DNA from: Felis catus
Lineage: Eukaryota
DNA length: 64,000 nt
NCBI RefSeq assembly: GCF_018350175.1
Contig: NC_058368.1
Span: 72,852,001-72,916,000, forward strand
Reading direction: 5' to 3'
Of the stretch, positions 48,980-62,919 are shown piece by piece (position 1 is the stretch's first letter; the number at the start of each line of letters is the position of its first letter). A program made the translations under genes and the position numbers. The notes under the pieces are model-generated. The model made no database searches, was not told where the DNA came from, and saw only the letters and a program-made list of their open reading frames with translations.

Positions 48980-50079
48980 ATAACTTATTTCAATCAACAG
49001 GGAGTTCTGAATATGTAGCAGCATAGCTTAAAACACTCCTCCAAAAGATTTCTTCTACATTAGCTTCTCTACAATTATAAAAATTCATTACAAAGATAAC
49101 ATAGCTTATTTTAAAACACATGAAAGAGCAATAAATAACACATTCCTGGATAAAAAATAAATATACATAATAAAAGGGCCACTCTGATTTGACCAGGAAT
49201 TTACCAAATCATCAAGTAACTTAATAACAAACTATCAATCATCTTAAATACTTATGTATGGATATCTAATCTAATAAAAGAGTACGCAGGTGGTTCTGTG
49301 TTCAACACATTAAAAATCATTTTCCTGATGAAGATTTTGAGTAGAGGAATGTAGCTCTTGGCTCTAACTATATATTAGATGTAGCTAGTTAGGAAAGACA
49401 GTGCACAAGAATACACTTAAATAATACATTAATAATAACATTTGGCTTAAAATATACTCTAATTTTAAGCAGGGGATTATTAATGTATTATGAATCCATA
49501 CTAATTATCATGGTAGAATGCCTAGAATTTTAAATAGGAGCCCAATTCATAATAGTAATTTTTATTTTTTTAAAAATTAAGCTTAGTTCAATGTCTAATA
49601 AGTACCTCACCATGTACTTAATGTTCATTATCATTGTTACTGTAGCACATGATTTGAGAACATCTTAAGAAGCTACTGCTTATTCTGACATCTAATTTGC
49701 ATCAGGTTCTTAATATTCAACTGGAAACCAATTAGGCACTCAAAAACAGAAGAACCAGTGAAATTATCAGCAATGATGCTATTTTACCAAAGACAGTAAG
49801 CAGTAGACACCAATAGGCATGAGTTTTCCACCATCAAATACATTTTACTCTTACAAGTGTGTGTTTACAAATCTCCCACCAAAAAGCTTATGGAGCCAAA
49901 AAAAAAAAAAAAAACCAACCAAACAAACAAAAAAAATGCTTATTCCCTCCAATATGCTTCTGAATTTCAAGAAGAAGAAACATTCAAACTGTTTCCAAAG
50001 TTTCCAGAGGGAAATATTTCTCTTCACACACATTTTTCTCCATATTCTATGAGTCCTAAGTCTCAGTGTCTTTCTCTAA

Positions 50080-50500
50080 TTATAGTCTAATTATTATTGA
50101 ATCCTAACTGTGCTGCCATTAAAATCTCTCTTGAATCTGCAGCAAACCTTGCAGAAAGCACTTGGTCCAAGCTCCTATTACTTTGTACCTAGGCTATTGC
50201 AGGAACCTCCAGACCCCTGCTCCTGTCTTGTTCCTCCTCAACCACACCATCCCTTGGTTCATGCCTGGTTCATGAAATACGCCTGCTCAAACTCTGCATG
50301 GATCCCCATGGCTTTCAGGGAGAATATGTACACTCAACACTGTCTGTGGTCTGACACATACTTGCCTTCTGACCATATCTCCTACTGACTCCCTCTTCAA
50401 TCTTTGGAGCCATGCCTCCAGAACCTATCTTGGCTTCTTCTGAAGCCACAGGCTTCTTTGGGCCTCTAACAGAAATTTGCTCAATATGTATGCGAAGTTT
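50080..50500 (+). mobile_element. L2 fragment
   Basis: 'cttggtccaagctcctattactttgtacctaggctattgcaggaacctcc'. Confidence 0.5.
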
Positions 50501-50539
50501 GGTTTTATTCCAAGTCATAGGATCATCACATTTCCACCT

Positions 50540-50690
50540 TGAAAAGCCCATATGAAATTGTCTGGTTCAATTCTCTCATTTTATAAATATGAAGACTGAA
50601 CTGCAGTGTAAGATATGAAGTAACTTGTATATGGACACCCAGCCAGATATTGATAAATCAGACTCAGAATTCTGTCTTCCAGATAACTAC
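50540..50690 (-). mobile_element. MIR fragment
   Basis: 'tctggttcaattctctcattttataaatatgaagactga...gaagtaacttg'. Confidence 0.6.
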
Positions 50691-51929
50691 CTTTTTTGGT
50701 TATTACATATCATGCGAAAGATTTAGAAACATTGCTAATGGTGATGGTTAAGACGTAATGACATGCTTTCACTGCCCATAGGAAAGTTGTTAAGACATTC
50801 TTATCTCAACTCTCAATCACTATATTTGAGCTATTACACAGAAAATGTTTCCACTTACACTGTAGGAACAATATTTTGACAGAGGAATTGTATTATACCA
50901 GTGAGTTTTCATGGAATATAAGACAACTATAAGGTATAGATTTAAACACAACATGTTTTTTAAACAGGATTTAATTTTTGCTCTGTGGTGCATGATACAA
51001 AGACCTATTTTCATACCCTGTCTTCATGAATAATGCTATAAAGTCAAAACCTCATATAAATGATAACTACAGTTGGTAACTGATTCTCTAAGAACTGCAA
51101 ACTTGTTAGCCTTGGGGCGGGCGGGGGGTGGTTGGAGATCAATGGAAAATTCTTTCAGCAAATCTGAGGAGAAAAGCACATGGATCAAATAACTTCCAAC
51201 TGTAATGCCAAAATTAGTAAGAGATCACACTAACAACAAAAACAGTCAGCCTCATTCCTATCTAAGTCATAGGGAAACAATCACAGGAGGAGAAAAAGAA
51301 ATCAAAAGGCAGGAGTTATTTCCTGCCTTTGGAAGCTTTTGTGTGTAGACACTAAGTGGCAAAATAACAGCAAAACAACATCAAGGAAACAAAACAAAAC
51401 AAAATAAAATAAGAGAGAGAATAGGATCAAGATGGTAGGGGTAGGTTTAAATATAGTGTCTTTGTAGATAAGTGAAGAAAAACTACCAAAGCAAGTCTTC
51501 CATGACTCACATAAATCATAGTAAAATGTGTTTCAGGGAAGTTTGGGGTTGATGATCTGGTGCTCCAGTTATCTTCAGGAGATACTCAGTTTTAAATTAA
51601 TGGCAGTAATTTATCTGATATATGACTTGCCTCCTTTTTACTTTCTCCTGGTCTCCCTCCACTTACTATGCATCCCACTTTTCCTCTGTCTTTGTAATAT
51701 TTTGTAGAAGCATCATGTCAAGAGTCAACTGCAAAGCACTCTCTCAAAAGCAACAGTAAACTGAGATTAATCATTGTCTTCCTTGTGTCGATCTGTATGC
51801 ACAGTTTTCTCAGATGTAATAAAAAAGGATCAATTTATTTTCCCCCTTTCTGCATCCCATCTTTGCATACCAATGGTAGGTCACTAGTTACAGATCCACC
51901 CTATCCACCCCTATTCTTTATCCCTCCTT

Positions 51930-53000
51930 AGACAGTACCTACTGGTATAATACAGTGGCGATAGTTTCCATTTTTTATCATTGAAGGACAACTGGAATTC
52001 AAGAGATAGGAACAATAGGGAGAGAAAGAAGTCCAAGTTAGTCCTGAAAAATAACAATAAATGAAGGAGGTGTGGGAATGGCATGCTTGTAACAGACTTA
52101 CTATTGGAAAAACATAATGGGGCTAAATCTACTCCCCTCTACATACACAATGGAAATAGAAAATATAAATACAGTGGTCACCATGCAAGCTAGGAGAAAA
52201 TCCTGAAAACTGAGAGACAGAGCCCACTGCTGTGATACAGCCCTCTCATAAGGATGCAAGTAAATATAGTCTTTTGGAAAGAAGAACAGAAATCCATAAA
52301 GCAGGCAAAGGTGTACAATAAAGGCATTATAATAAGAAGCAGAGATCAGTGGTGAAGAGAGGGTTGAATTTCATGACACAGAATTGCCATCCTCGTTGAA
52401 GGCAGAAAAGAGTAGCATTAACCCTTGGGGCAAATTGAATCACTGATATAGAGGACAACCCACAGAACTATTCCTAGAAGTTACAGAAAAGATAAATTGA
52501 TTTGTGAACAATACAGCAGAAGGGGTTGAAAAAATAAAGGATGGAGAGCAGAATCTCACCCTCAGGATTTTAGGATTACTCAGTATCATCAAGAACAGAA
52601 GCAATAAGTGAAAGCCTAATGAAAGAAGTGTTTCCTAACTGATAGAAGTCCTTTGTATACAGGATTCTACGAGTTCTGAACAGAATTAATAACACTCCCC
52701 TCCCCAAATCCTTCCAGCATTGTCAACCAACTAATATGGAACAATGGAGCTTCGAGGCAAAGCTTTTACAACTCGGTAATCTTACACACAGTTGAGTTGC
52801 TTTACTGTGTGAGGAAAACAGAAAGACATTTTTACATAAGCAAGAACTGGACAGAATATCACTCATTTACACTTCTGGAAAAGATTACCTGAAACCTCAC
52901 TCTGATGATAGAAATACAGAAACAAGACACTTATGGAATAGGGAAATAAAGTTGTAAATTGAGGTTTCAAAAGCAAATGTCTTACTGGAAGAGGGCCAGT
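51930..53000 (+). mobile_element. Highly decayed L1 ORF1/HAL1-like sequence
   Basis: A-rich text with ORF1-like pieces such as 'aagaagtgtttcctaactga' and 'caagaactggacagaatatcactcat'; weak. Confidence 0.35.
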
Positions 53001-53918
53001 AATATAAATGTGCAAATTGGCTGTTGCAAAGCCGAAGAAGTAGTGATATTTAGGCACACTGGAAATCTCATGCCCCACCTAAAGTCATGAAATGCTAATG
53101 CTGAAAATACACCCACTGTGTTTTTCTAGTCAGAAGGGCATCATTGTTTGACCTCTGGTATGAAAACACAATGGAGTTTTCCCTCTGTGGGTCCCATTAC
53201 TGAATGCAGCGGTCAGCCTGGATCATCTGGAGGATGTTTAAGGTCACCAGCAACCTTTGACCCTGAAGCATTTCCTGTTTGCCCCAGTTCACCATCCACC
53301 CCTCACTCACCATCTGGTGTGCAGTTGAAGAAGACTTTAGTACCACCTTTGATGATGGTTAAAATAATCACAGGTTTTGCTCTATTCCAGTACTAGCTAA
53401 TAGAGCCCACCATTTATACATGATTGGGACACTCGGTCAGGAAATTTAAAGATACCTGACAAAACATATTGCCCCCTTTTAAAGCTGCATAGAGAGACAC
53501 TATTGCCAATAACTGCAGAAAATTTTTGCAATACATTTAAAATCGGTGATTCATTGGTTCCTTAAAGCTGATATTGATTGGCTAATTCTTTTATGCTAAT
53601 TGGGACAAGCAGTAATGATCAAGCAGAAGATCTCTCTGGTTGTATAATATCTTATACCAAAGGCCTGACTGTACCTGCATTAATCATGTTTAAAAACCTA
53701 TATTAACAATTAAACTCGAGCTATGTAAAAATTAATGGAAAAAGAAAGGCTAAGAAAATATAGCAAAGTATCTATTTTATAAGATTCTGGGTTATTTTCT
53801 ATATTAGTATTTCTGTGTTCAAAATTTCCCGCATATGTGTTTTATGTATAAGACAAATTAACATTTTTAAGTTAATCTTAATTAACAGTCAACGTGTGAC
53901 TGTTCAAAATTCTTTTCT

Positions 53919-54118
53919 TTTTTTTTTAACAATTATTTATTTTTGAGAATGAAAGAGAATGAACAGGGTAGGGGCAAAGAGAGGGGAAGAGAGAATCCCA
54001 ATCAGGCTCCAGATTCCCAGCACAGAGCCCGATGCAGGGCCAAAACCGACAAAACGTGAGATCATGACCTGAGCCAAAATCAAGAGTCGGTGCTTCAACT
54101 GAGCCACCTAGACACCCC
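53919..54118 (-). mobile_element. CAN-SINE
   Basis: TSD tcaaaatt(c/a)ttttct at 53904-53918 and 54119-54133. Confidence 0.95.
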
Positions 54119-54199
54119 TCAAAATTATTTTCTGAAACACCACCAGTGGAAAAGAAATGGTGAGGCATTGCCTCAAGCCTTTTGTGAAAATAAATTCTT

Positions 54200-54990
54200 A
54201 ATTGTGAAAAAGTTAAGTGTTAAAATAAATTAATGTATGTAAGAAAAGGTGAATTGGTAAATATATGTATGTGACCACATTACACATTCTAAGTGTAAAC
54301 CAAAGGAAAAAGACAGAGAGTGAAATATCAACATCAGATGTGACAAATTTTGCTATCGTTAGATAAAAGTCTTTAAAGATCCTTAAGATACATATCACAA
54401 TAGGAAAGCATACAAAAGACATAAAAACAAATTCAGATAGGCACCAGCTCAAGACTCAAATTAAACATCAATACAATGCCCTTTTAAACATTGTTTTGCC
54501 TAGAATATTGGCAAAAGAATTTTAAAATCTTAATATTTTATTCTGGTAAGTACACAGAGAGTTTGATCAGTGTCTATTCTACTGATACAGAGTAAATTGT
54601 TATTTTATGAAAGCAACCTGGTGTGAAGAGTCTCAGATTCTCTTTATAGCTTCGGATGAGTAATTCTATATCAGGGAACTCATACTAAGGATACAGTTAG
54701 ATCTGTACCTCTATTGCTATCTCTATCTCTCTCTCTATGAAAGAATGTTTATTGCAGCTTTTCATTTTGATATTTTAAAATAGTATATAGGCATCCAAAT
54801 GTTTTCAAAATAATTGACTAATGATCATGGGAAAATCTTCATAATAAAATGTTAAGAAAAAAGGTGTATGTTTTTAATTACATAAGCAAATACACCAAAA
54901 TTTCCATCATGGTTATCTCTAGGGAATGATTTGCTAGGAAATTTTTATTGTTTTTTTATATCCTTAAATATTCTATGATGAGCATCCCCA
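54200..54990 (+). mobile_element. Ancient L1ME-like 3' region
   Basis: 'aagaatgtttattgcagc...catggttatctctagggaatgat...ttctatgatgagcat'. Confidence 0.55.
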
Positions 54991-55009
54991 AGTTCTATAA
55001 TTGTAGGCT

Positions 55010-55072
55010 TTGTGTGTGTGTGTGTGTGTGTGTAGGGTAGATCTTTCATTCATTCATTCATTCATTCATTCA
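55010..55072. repeat. (TG)n and (TTCA)n microsatellites
   Basis: Direct reading. Confidence 0.9.
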
Positions 55073-55327
55073 CTTTATAAATAGTGTCTGAATGCTGGGT
55101 AGAATTTAACACCAAGTTCCAGGTTATAAAGTTCATTATTCTGTGTCTCTAAATTAAACATCACTAAAAGCAAACTCAACTATGACAGAATTAGTCCAAA
55201 TTTAAAAGCATCAAACCTTTGTTATTATGATCCACTCATACAATCGAATACCACTCAACGATAAAGGTGAGAGAGCACACCACTGGAACGTGCAACAACA
55301 TGCATGAATCTAGCTCTGTGCATTTTT

Positions 55328-55543
55328 TAAAAAAATTTTTTAAACATTTATTTTTTATTGAGAGACAGACACAGAATGTGAGCAGGGGAGGGGTAGAGAG
55401 AGGGGGAGACACAGAATCTGAAGCAGGCTCCAGGCTCTGAGCTGTCAGCACAGAGCCCGACACGGAGCTTGAACTCACAAACTGTAAGATCATGACCTCA
55501 GCCAAAGTCAGTCACCCAACCAACTGAGCCACCCAGGTGCCCC
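55328..55543 (-). mobile_element. CAN-SINE
   Basis: Perfect TSD tagctctgtgcattttt at 55311-55327 and 55544-55560. Confidence 0.97.
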
Positions 55544-56421
55544 TAGCTCTGTGCATTTTTAATATTTATTTCAATCAAAATTATCCTGACAGTAATATTA
55601 ACACCATGAGAAAAACATATTTGGAATGAGCTGATTGTTAAAAAATAATGGATTACAGGAACTTTAAGTTTTAGTAGTTTTAAATTTTAAAATTTGTGCT
55701 TAGCCATGGAAGATGCTTACTAACAGAATCCCAGGGCTCATAAAAATGACCAGGAAAACAGTTCCAGAGGATCTGGAAATAGATGAATCACATAGCTCTC
55801 CTCCTAGTCTTTTCTTCCATTAGATAAACTATCGTAAAATACATGAAATACTGCAGAGAGGTGAGAACATCTTTTCCAAATGCAGATTTGCTGGCTTTGC
55901 CTTGGTGAACCTTCAGGACACGGGGAAGCAATGCCTTAGGCCCTTGCCCTGCTCTTGGTCCAGATGTGCTGGCCCAGATCAGGGCTTAGAAAGTAAACAG
56001 TGGTGGGCATATGGGAAGCCACAGGAGAAACTTTGGGTCTACTTCCCAAAGTGAGAATTTTACTCAGATATAAATAATTTTAGGGTATTTTAGAGTCATA
56101 CCAAAATGGATATATTATAAAGTATAATTCAAAATTCATGCATGTTATTAGAATAGAATATAAGTTTTCAGGTACACTTGGACTCTCTATCCTGATCCTG
56201 AAAAAATGAACAAACATTTCTTTCCTTTGCATCAGCCACTGGGGACCTTTGCAGAGGAAAAGGTATGAATCATACCCTCCGCAAGAAGGTGTCATCTATG
56301 ATATGAGGTGATGTTCTGAATGGAGTACAGGGTCACTCTGGGGAAGCTACATGGGGTTGGCTCAGGTGCCCAGCCAGCTGCAGGTCTCAGACTTTGTATG
56401 TGTGCAGGTGGTCTCAGACTT

Positions 56422-56461
56422 TGTGTGTGTGTGTGTGTGTGCGTGTGTGTGTGTGTGTGTG
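56422..56461. repeat. (GT)n microsatellite
   Basis: Direct reading. Confidence 0.95.
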
Positions 56462-56784
56462 CGCACACGCACATGCATGTTAATGTGCTGTGTGTGTGCC
56501 ACATAGAAGCACTTTAACCAACAGCCTTTGCCAGTGGCAGTTTAGAGACTGCCAAATGATAAGGTTAGAGATCTTCCCAGGCACAACCAATTTCCCTTCT
56601 CCTTGATACTTGGCTTTCTGGAAACAAAAGGTCTGCCTGCTAGGGTTCAACAATGTGGCACACAAATTAGCATGACTAAGACTGCTTTTGGGAGTGGGCA
56701 CCAATTTATTAGACATGGTAGCACTTAGCACTTAAGAGTGTTTCAATGGATTTATTTTCCTCCTTGAAAAAATTACCATTTTTT

Positions 56785-57005
56785 AAAATCTCTCTTGAAA
56801 TTTATTTCTTTATTTTGAGAGAAAGAGAGTAAGAGAAAGAAAGGGGGGGGTGTCAAGGGCAGAGAGAGGGAGAGAGAATCCCAAGTGGGCTCCCCAATGT
56901 CAGAGCAGAGCCCAATGCAGGGCTTGAACTCACGAATCAGGAGATCATGACCTGAACTGATATCAAGAGTCAGATGCTTAAAGGACTGAGCCACCCAGGC
57001 ACCCC
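56785..57005 (-). mobile_element. CAN-SINE
   Basis: Antisense SINE; degenerate TSD aaattac(c/a)at. Confidence 0.95.
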
Positions 57006-57363
57006 AAATTACAATGTTTTACCTTATTAGAGAACATCAAAATTGCAACATATTTCAAAATTTAGGCAGCTGATTTTATGTAAGTTTGACAAGTCAGTCA
57101 CAACTCTGACAACTACAACCTTCTTACTGGAAGTTGCGTATTAGGGAGTTTTGCTGAAGTATCAGCAGTGCAGCAGAAGGAAGACACGAGGTCCTTCTTG
57201 TGCACCCCTCATTCTTATGGGTGTGTGGCCTACATGTGAGTCAGGAACTTTGAAGCCTTACACAGCGTCACCCAAGGGACTGGTGTGACTTCATCTTTTG
57301 GGTCTCTCTTGACTGCTCCAGGCCAGTGCCTGTATGCACTCACATTGTAAGTTGTGTCTACCC

Positions 57364-57472
57364 CAGTAAGATGGCTAGATAAAATACAGGATGCCAGGGA
57401 AGATTTGGATAACAGATAAACAATGAATCATTCTCAGTGTCAGTATATCTCAAATGGTGTCCTGGTAACCCT
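57364..57472. mobile_element. MER53-like hAT fossil
   Basis: 'agataaaatacaggatgcc...cagataaacaatgaatca...ctggtaaccct'. Confidence 0.65.
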
Positions 57473-58029
57473 ATCAAGTGGCATCATCAAGACTGTAGAG
57501 GCATCATCAAGACTTCTCTTGCTGGTCCTCAGATCTGCAGGAAGAAGCCCACGTCTGAATTCTACCAGGTAGAATGTAGATGGAGTGCTTGGTATTGCAG
57601 GAAGCCGCCGTGGGTAGTGGATCCAGGACTATACCAACTCCTTGCTCACCTCCAACCCCTGTAAAAATATGAATGGCCCAGAGGATAGGCAGAGGACCCA
57701 GCCTCTCTGAACACTGCCATTGGTCAGTGGGGCACAGGACCAACCTCTTTGCACATGAATCAGCTGTACCTTGCCAGTAGAGCTAGATGCTGACACACTG
57801 AAGAAACTGGGACTATGCTGTGGCTCTGAACAGGAATGGGGCAATATTCAGGGCAGTTAGCAAGGAGAGGCAAAGACGTTGGTAATGAGAAACTCAGAAA
57901 ATGATAATCAAGTTGTTCTCTTGGTGTCCATTCAAGCCTGTGAATCTTCCCTGTGGGCTGCAGAGCAGGGAGCTAAGAGTTTTGAATAAAAAGCCAAGTG
58001 ACTCTCCACTTGCCCACCCTCAACCTCAT

Positions 58030-58490
58030 CCACTGTCCATCTCTGTTCTTCCTGCTCTTCCCTCTGCCCACATAATATATGCAGAGATCCCTGTGGATTG
58101 CAGCACCTGGGCTTCCTTGGCCTCTGACTTCTAGCTTGGCTTGGCCATTGGCAGGCAGTTGAAGAAGACCAGAGTACAACAGGAGGGAAGACTAGGCTAT
58201 TTCCTGCTCTGCTTTCTCCTGGCCATGGTCTTGGTAGAGGATTCTTTCCTCCAAGGCCTTTGCTTCTACAAATGGGCCCTCTGCACAGCTCAGGCTCTCA
58301 CCAGCCCCTGGTCATGGGGCGGAACTCAGAGACAGAGGCTCTTTACTTTGCTGATTCCAGGGTGTTGGTCATCCCCTGCATGGAAGTTCCCTCAGCACCT
58401 CCACACCTCTGCAGACAGGATCTTCATCAGTGAACTTTGAAGTCCCAGCTGAGTGGGCTTCTGTTCCCTGTTCGGGGCATAAACGATACA
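58030..58490 (+). mobile_element. LTR33-like (ERVL) solo LTR
   Basis: 'cttccttggcctctgacttctagcttggcttggccattggcagg...gagtgggcttctgttccctg...gataca'; 5' edge uncertain. Confidence 0.65.
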
Positions 58491-58792
58491 CCATCCTGGT
58501 TGAGGCCTTGATCTGAAGGGGATGGAAGGTCTTCCAGAGTCAAGGAAAGACCCTGGTGAGAACTGTCTCCAAGGAAGGATGAATATTTGTATCCCTGTTT
58601 CATTTATCCTCCTTTCTGTTCCCCCAACAAGATTCAGGACAAAATTTCCCCAGAGAAGAGTCATTCTTTATTGGCCCCAAGTCTACAAATTTGTTTCCAA
58701 CAGGGGGAAGTCTTATTTTTTTTACCCATCTCCCTACCTGGTGATATTCTCCTACACTGTGAATTGCAGATATTGACACGTGGGGAAACAAA

Positions 58793-59400
58793 ATCATTCA
58801 TTCAAGTCTTGAACACCTAATATGTGGCAAGCATTGTATTAAGCACTGGAAACAACTGTAAATAAGGCAAATTGAGTCCACACCTTCAAGAAACAGAGTA
58901 CAGAGGAAACACCAAAATGTAAACATGCAATTATAATACCGGGTGATCTGTGCCCTCTGCATTGTAATGTATGATGCTAATGGACTCATAAAGACATCCA
59001 CCTCAGCTGAGTTTGTATTATGGAAGGTGTCTGATAACTTCAGATCAATGTTCTGAGAGAATATGGCTCACCTGAAGAATGTGAAAGGCTCGAAGGACAG
59101 TGAGCCATGAAATTAGAAACCCCTGTAAAATGTATTAAGAACTTGAACTTTATTCTCAGGTTACAGGGGGAGCTCTGAGTTGTAACCAAGGACATGATCT
59201 CATCACATTCACATTTTAAGAAGAGTTCTTCAGCCCTGGTAACAAGGAAGTGAAGCAAATTTGAAATTTTAGAAATCTGGTGGTGAGAACCTAGACAAGA
59301 GATCTCATGGACAATGAGAAGTAACAGGGAGGACAAAAAAAAAAAATGAGAAAGGCCACAGAGAAGTAAACCTGACAGACTCAGAGCTTCTCATGACATC
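58793..59400 (-). mobile_element. L2 fragment
   Basis: 'tcattcattcaag...aacacctaatatgtggcaagcattgtattaagcactgga'. Confidence 0.65.
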
Positions 59401-59744
59401 ACTGGATCTGAGTGGTGGTCAGAGCTGTTCCTGCCCTTCTCCTGATCTGAGGCATTTGCTGACAGTTGCCGGGAGTGCTCTTGGGTAGCTCATCTCAGTG
59501 TTCTTTCCCCAGAGACAGACAGGGACTCTGCCACTGGCTCTTGTCTGTCATGCTCCCTTTTCTGTTAAAATTTCCCTTCATCAGCACTTATGGTCTCTCA
59601 AAAGTCACTGTTTATCATTTATGTTTTTTTGGCAGAATAAAATACAATTCAGTCTGAAACTTTCAAGGATCAATAGAAAGAGGGAATTAACATGTTTTCA
59701 TTCCCAGAGAGAATCATATTAAAGATGAAAGTAAGTTATTTATT

Positions 59745-60570
59745 GATCTATTCAATAAATAATTATTAAGAGTCTATCATATGCCAGGCTCTGTTCTCAG
59801 TGCTGGAGCACAGCAGTGAACAAAACAGAAAGAGTTTGCTCCCATGGAGCTTCCATTCTCTAGAGGAGAAACAGACAATATAAATATGTGTGCATATGTA
59901 ATATGTATACATGTATAATTGTGTATATGTAATATGCCAATATATAATGTGCCAGGTGGTGATAAGACAGGAGGTGTTGCTATAGAGAGCCAGAGAAAAC
60001 CTGACTGTGAAGGTGACCTTTGAACAGAGACCTGAAGGAAGTGACAGCAGAAACACACAGATATCTGGGAGAAAAATAGTCTAGAAGCAGGATCAATAAA
60101 AGGTAGCCTGCCTGGCATGTGTGAAAAATGACCAGAGGATCATTACAGCTGGAGCTGAGTGAGCAAGAGGGACAAGGCCAGGAGATGAATTTAGCAAGGC
60201 GGTGGATAGGGTGGAGAGAGAGTTGATCATAAGGACTTTGGCTCTTGTTCTTATGGACTTGGGAAGCCATTGGAATGTTTTGAACAGAGACGTGATGCCA
60301 CCTGAATTGGGTTTTAACAGGCTCCATCTGCTTTCTGGACAGAGAATAGATTATGGAAAGACAAGGGTGGAGGCAGAACGACCAGCTGGGAAGCTTTTGC
60401 AATAATCCAGGGGAAGATGGTGGCTTGAGCAAGAGTTCTCATGATGGTGGCAGTCAGAAATTGTCACAATCTGAATATGTTCTGAAGTGTTCACAGATGT
60501 TGCTGAAAAAGCCAAGGTGGGGTATAAGAGAGGGGAGTCAGGGATGATACCAAAGCTTGGTGCTGTAGTC
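59745..60570 (-). mobile_element. L2a 3' region
   Basis: 'tattcaataaataattattaagagtctatcatatgccaggc...gcagtgaacaaaacaga...gggaagccattggaatgttttgaacag'. Confidence 0.85.
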
Positions 60571-62919
60571 ATCTCACATAAGTCTTTATACAAGTATGCT
60601 AGGGCCTTCCTCATGTCCTCCAAACCTGCTTTCTCATCCTGTGACTGCTGGTCCCCTACTCACCATTTTTCCCCCTCTTTTAAGACTAGCAAATTTGAAC
60701 ACCATTCTCTCAATTATCTATCCCATCTTCTTCCAAAAATCAATGTCTACCATTCCAAATGCATACAATGTTTGGGAAGGCTAAGCTATCTTTAAAAGTA
60801 TTATAATTGAATAAGACCTAAAAGGATAAACGTTGATGTTTCATCTGAAACATCATCTGAACAAACATCTGAAATGTTTCCTCCCTCCAGAACTAATTCT
60901 CACTGTAGAGACAACAGAATAAGGAATAGCTTGGCTCCAGAGGAGTTTATCATGTTCTAAAGGTAAGGATCTAATTTACCCACATTTTTTTAAAAGTTCA
61001 TTTATTAGATACATCATATTGTGCCATCAAATCAAAGACCAGATCAAATAAAACTTGCCTCCCAGCAAAAATCTAGGAAAGCAGAAAGCATCAGAAGACC
61101 ACCTGAGGGAACGCACTAAGCAATCAAAGTCAGAGAGGACCTGGTTGTCCTTCCATCTCAGAGGCAATGACCCATTCCTTTGGATGAGGATGCTCTGATG
61201 AATTTATTCTGCCTGAAACCTTCTTCTCTTCAGGACCATTAAAAACATTTTAAAGAGCAGACTAAAGTAGCAGGAGGGAAAATGGTAAAAAACAAACCAT
61301 TGAAACAAAACCCTGAATTAACGTACATGAGGATGAGAAAGATCCCTCATGCTATCTAGCCAAAATTCAGGTGTTCTTTCTCTCCCATCATTCAGCCAAA
61401 CATAACCCTTCAACTAGGCAAAAAAGAGAATTGATTTTTGGTACCTTTAGAGGTCCACAGATTCCTTGAAGCTCTTAGTAGAGGCCTTATATGCTTTAAG
61501 TATGTATCAAAGGCTTCAGAGAAAGCAATGAAACTCTGATTACAGAATTTAGTCATCAACCAATATGGGAGATTTCTAGGGGGTCCCAAGGAATGTCCAA
61601 GACATTTTACATTTTACTTTGCTTTCACTCAGATTGCAATGTTTTACTCAGATCAACTCAACATTATTCAGCTCTGTGCAACTGCTCATCCCAGTGACCC
61701 CACTAACATTTGCTGAAATATTCCCATTGATATTTCCTACCACCTTTCACAACCTTTGATCAAATGCAACCTTGCATCCTTTTAATCCTTGTCCATTACA
61801 ACCTAATTATTAATTTGAATAGATGCTCATGTTCCAACATTTAAGATTATAGCAGCGTCACACAGTTATCATTTAAGTATCATACAAATTTTTTCTTACT
61901 TAAATTACTATGAATGGAGTCCTTGACTTCCTTGTGAAGCCACAAATTTTTTATATGTAGGGACAATATCTGATTGCTAATATGTGTCAAAACTGAGGTA
62001 GTGTTATATAGATCTACATATTAATTGCAAACAGGAATGGTAAAAATTGCAAAAGCAAAAACTAGAATGAGTCTCCAAGTATAAAATTATAATGTTTTGG
62101 ACTTAGTATCTATAAATGTAATCCTATAGCAATGCTGTGTTTCAACTGAAATCTCTAAAATAACAATTGCTTTTTAAATTAGCTATAATTGTTCAGGCAA
62201 ACAAAACAAACAAGGAAACCAGATATTCCATTGAAAAGGTTTGAATTTACTCATTCTGTTATTACTATACAGGGACCACAATTAAAATTATGGTATGAAT
62301 CTAAAATGGAAAAAGGAAGAAACAAAATTAAGACCATCACATCTTGTCAACAGCATTCTAAAGAGATCATGATACAGATAAATGTGAAAAATTATTGTGA
62401 AATGCTATTGTCTGATAGCAGGGACTTAAAAAAAAAACACTAATAAAGTATACTTCAGTTCGTTGGAATTCAGCAAGTCCTGATACAAAGCTAACCCTTA
62501 GTGTTATTAAAAACGAAACAAAACAAAACAAAAACCACACACACAAAACCCAGAACCCACGTCTTCTCTTGTTGGCTTGTGTTCACTGCAGAAGAAAAAG
62601 CTGTGATAAGAGACAAAATAGAACTGGAATTTGCCAAATGACTGTTATCCATCTTCCCAAAGAACAGTTCCCGTTCATTTGAGGAATGGAATCACAACCA
62701 GAATATCAACAACAGAATCAAAACTCAATAAACAGCTACTTAAATGATGGGCTCCGAACCCTGTCCAATCCAAAACTGAGAGATGGGGAAACATTAAATA
62801 CAAAAACATATGTGTAAATTCTTGTGTCTTGATAAGTAAAATATTCTAAACTCAAATTACTAGTTAATTTCTTGGAATACTCCCCAGCAATTTAGGTAAT
62901 AATTTAAGTGAACCCATTT

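Noticed and set aside
59766..60432. Overlapping 96-150 aa minus-strand ORFs
   Set aside because: Lie inside a decayed L2a element; no coding signature
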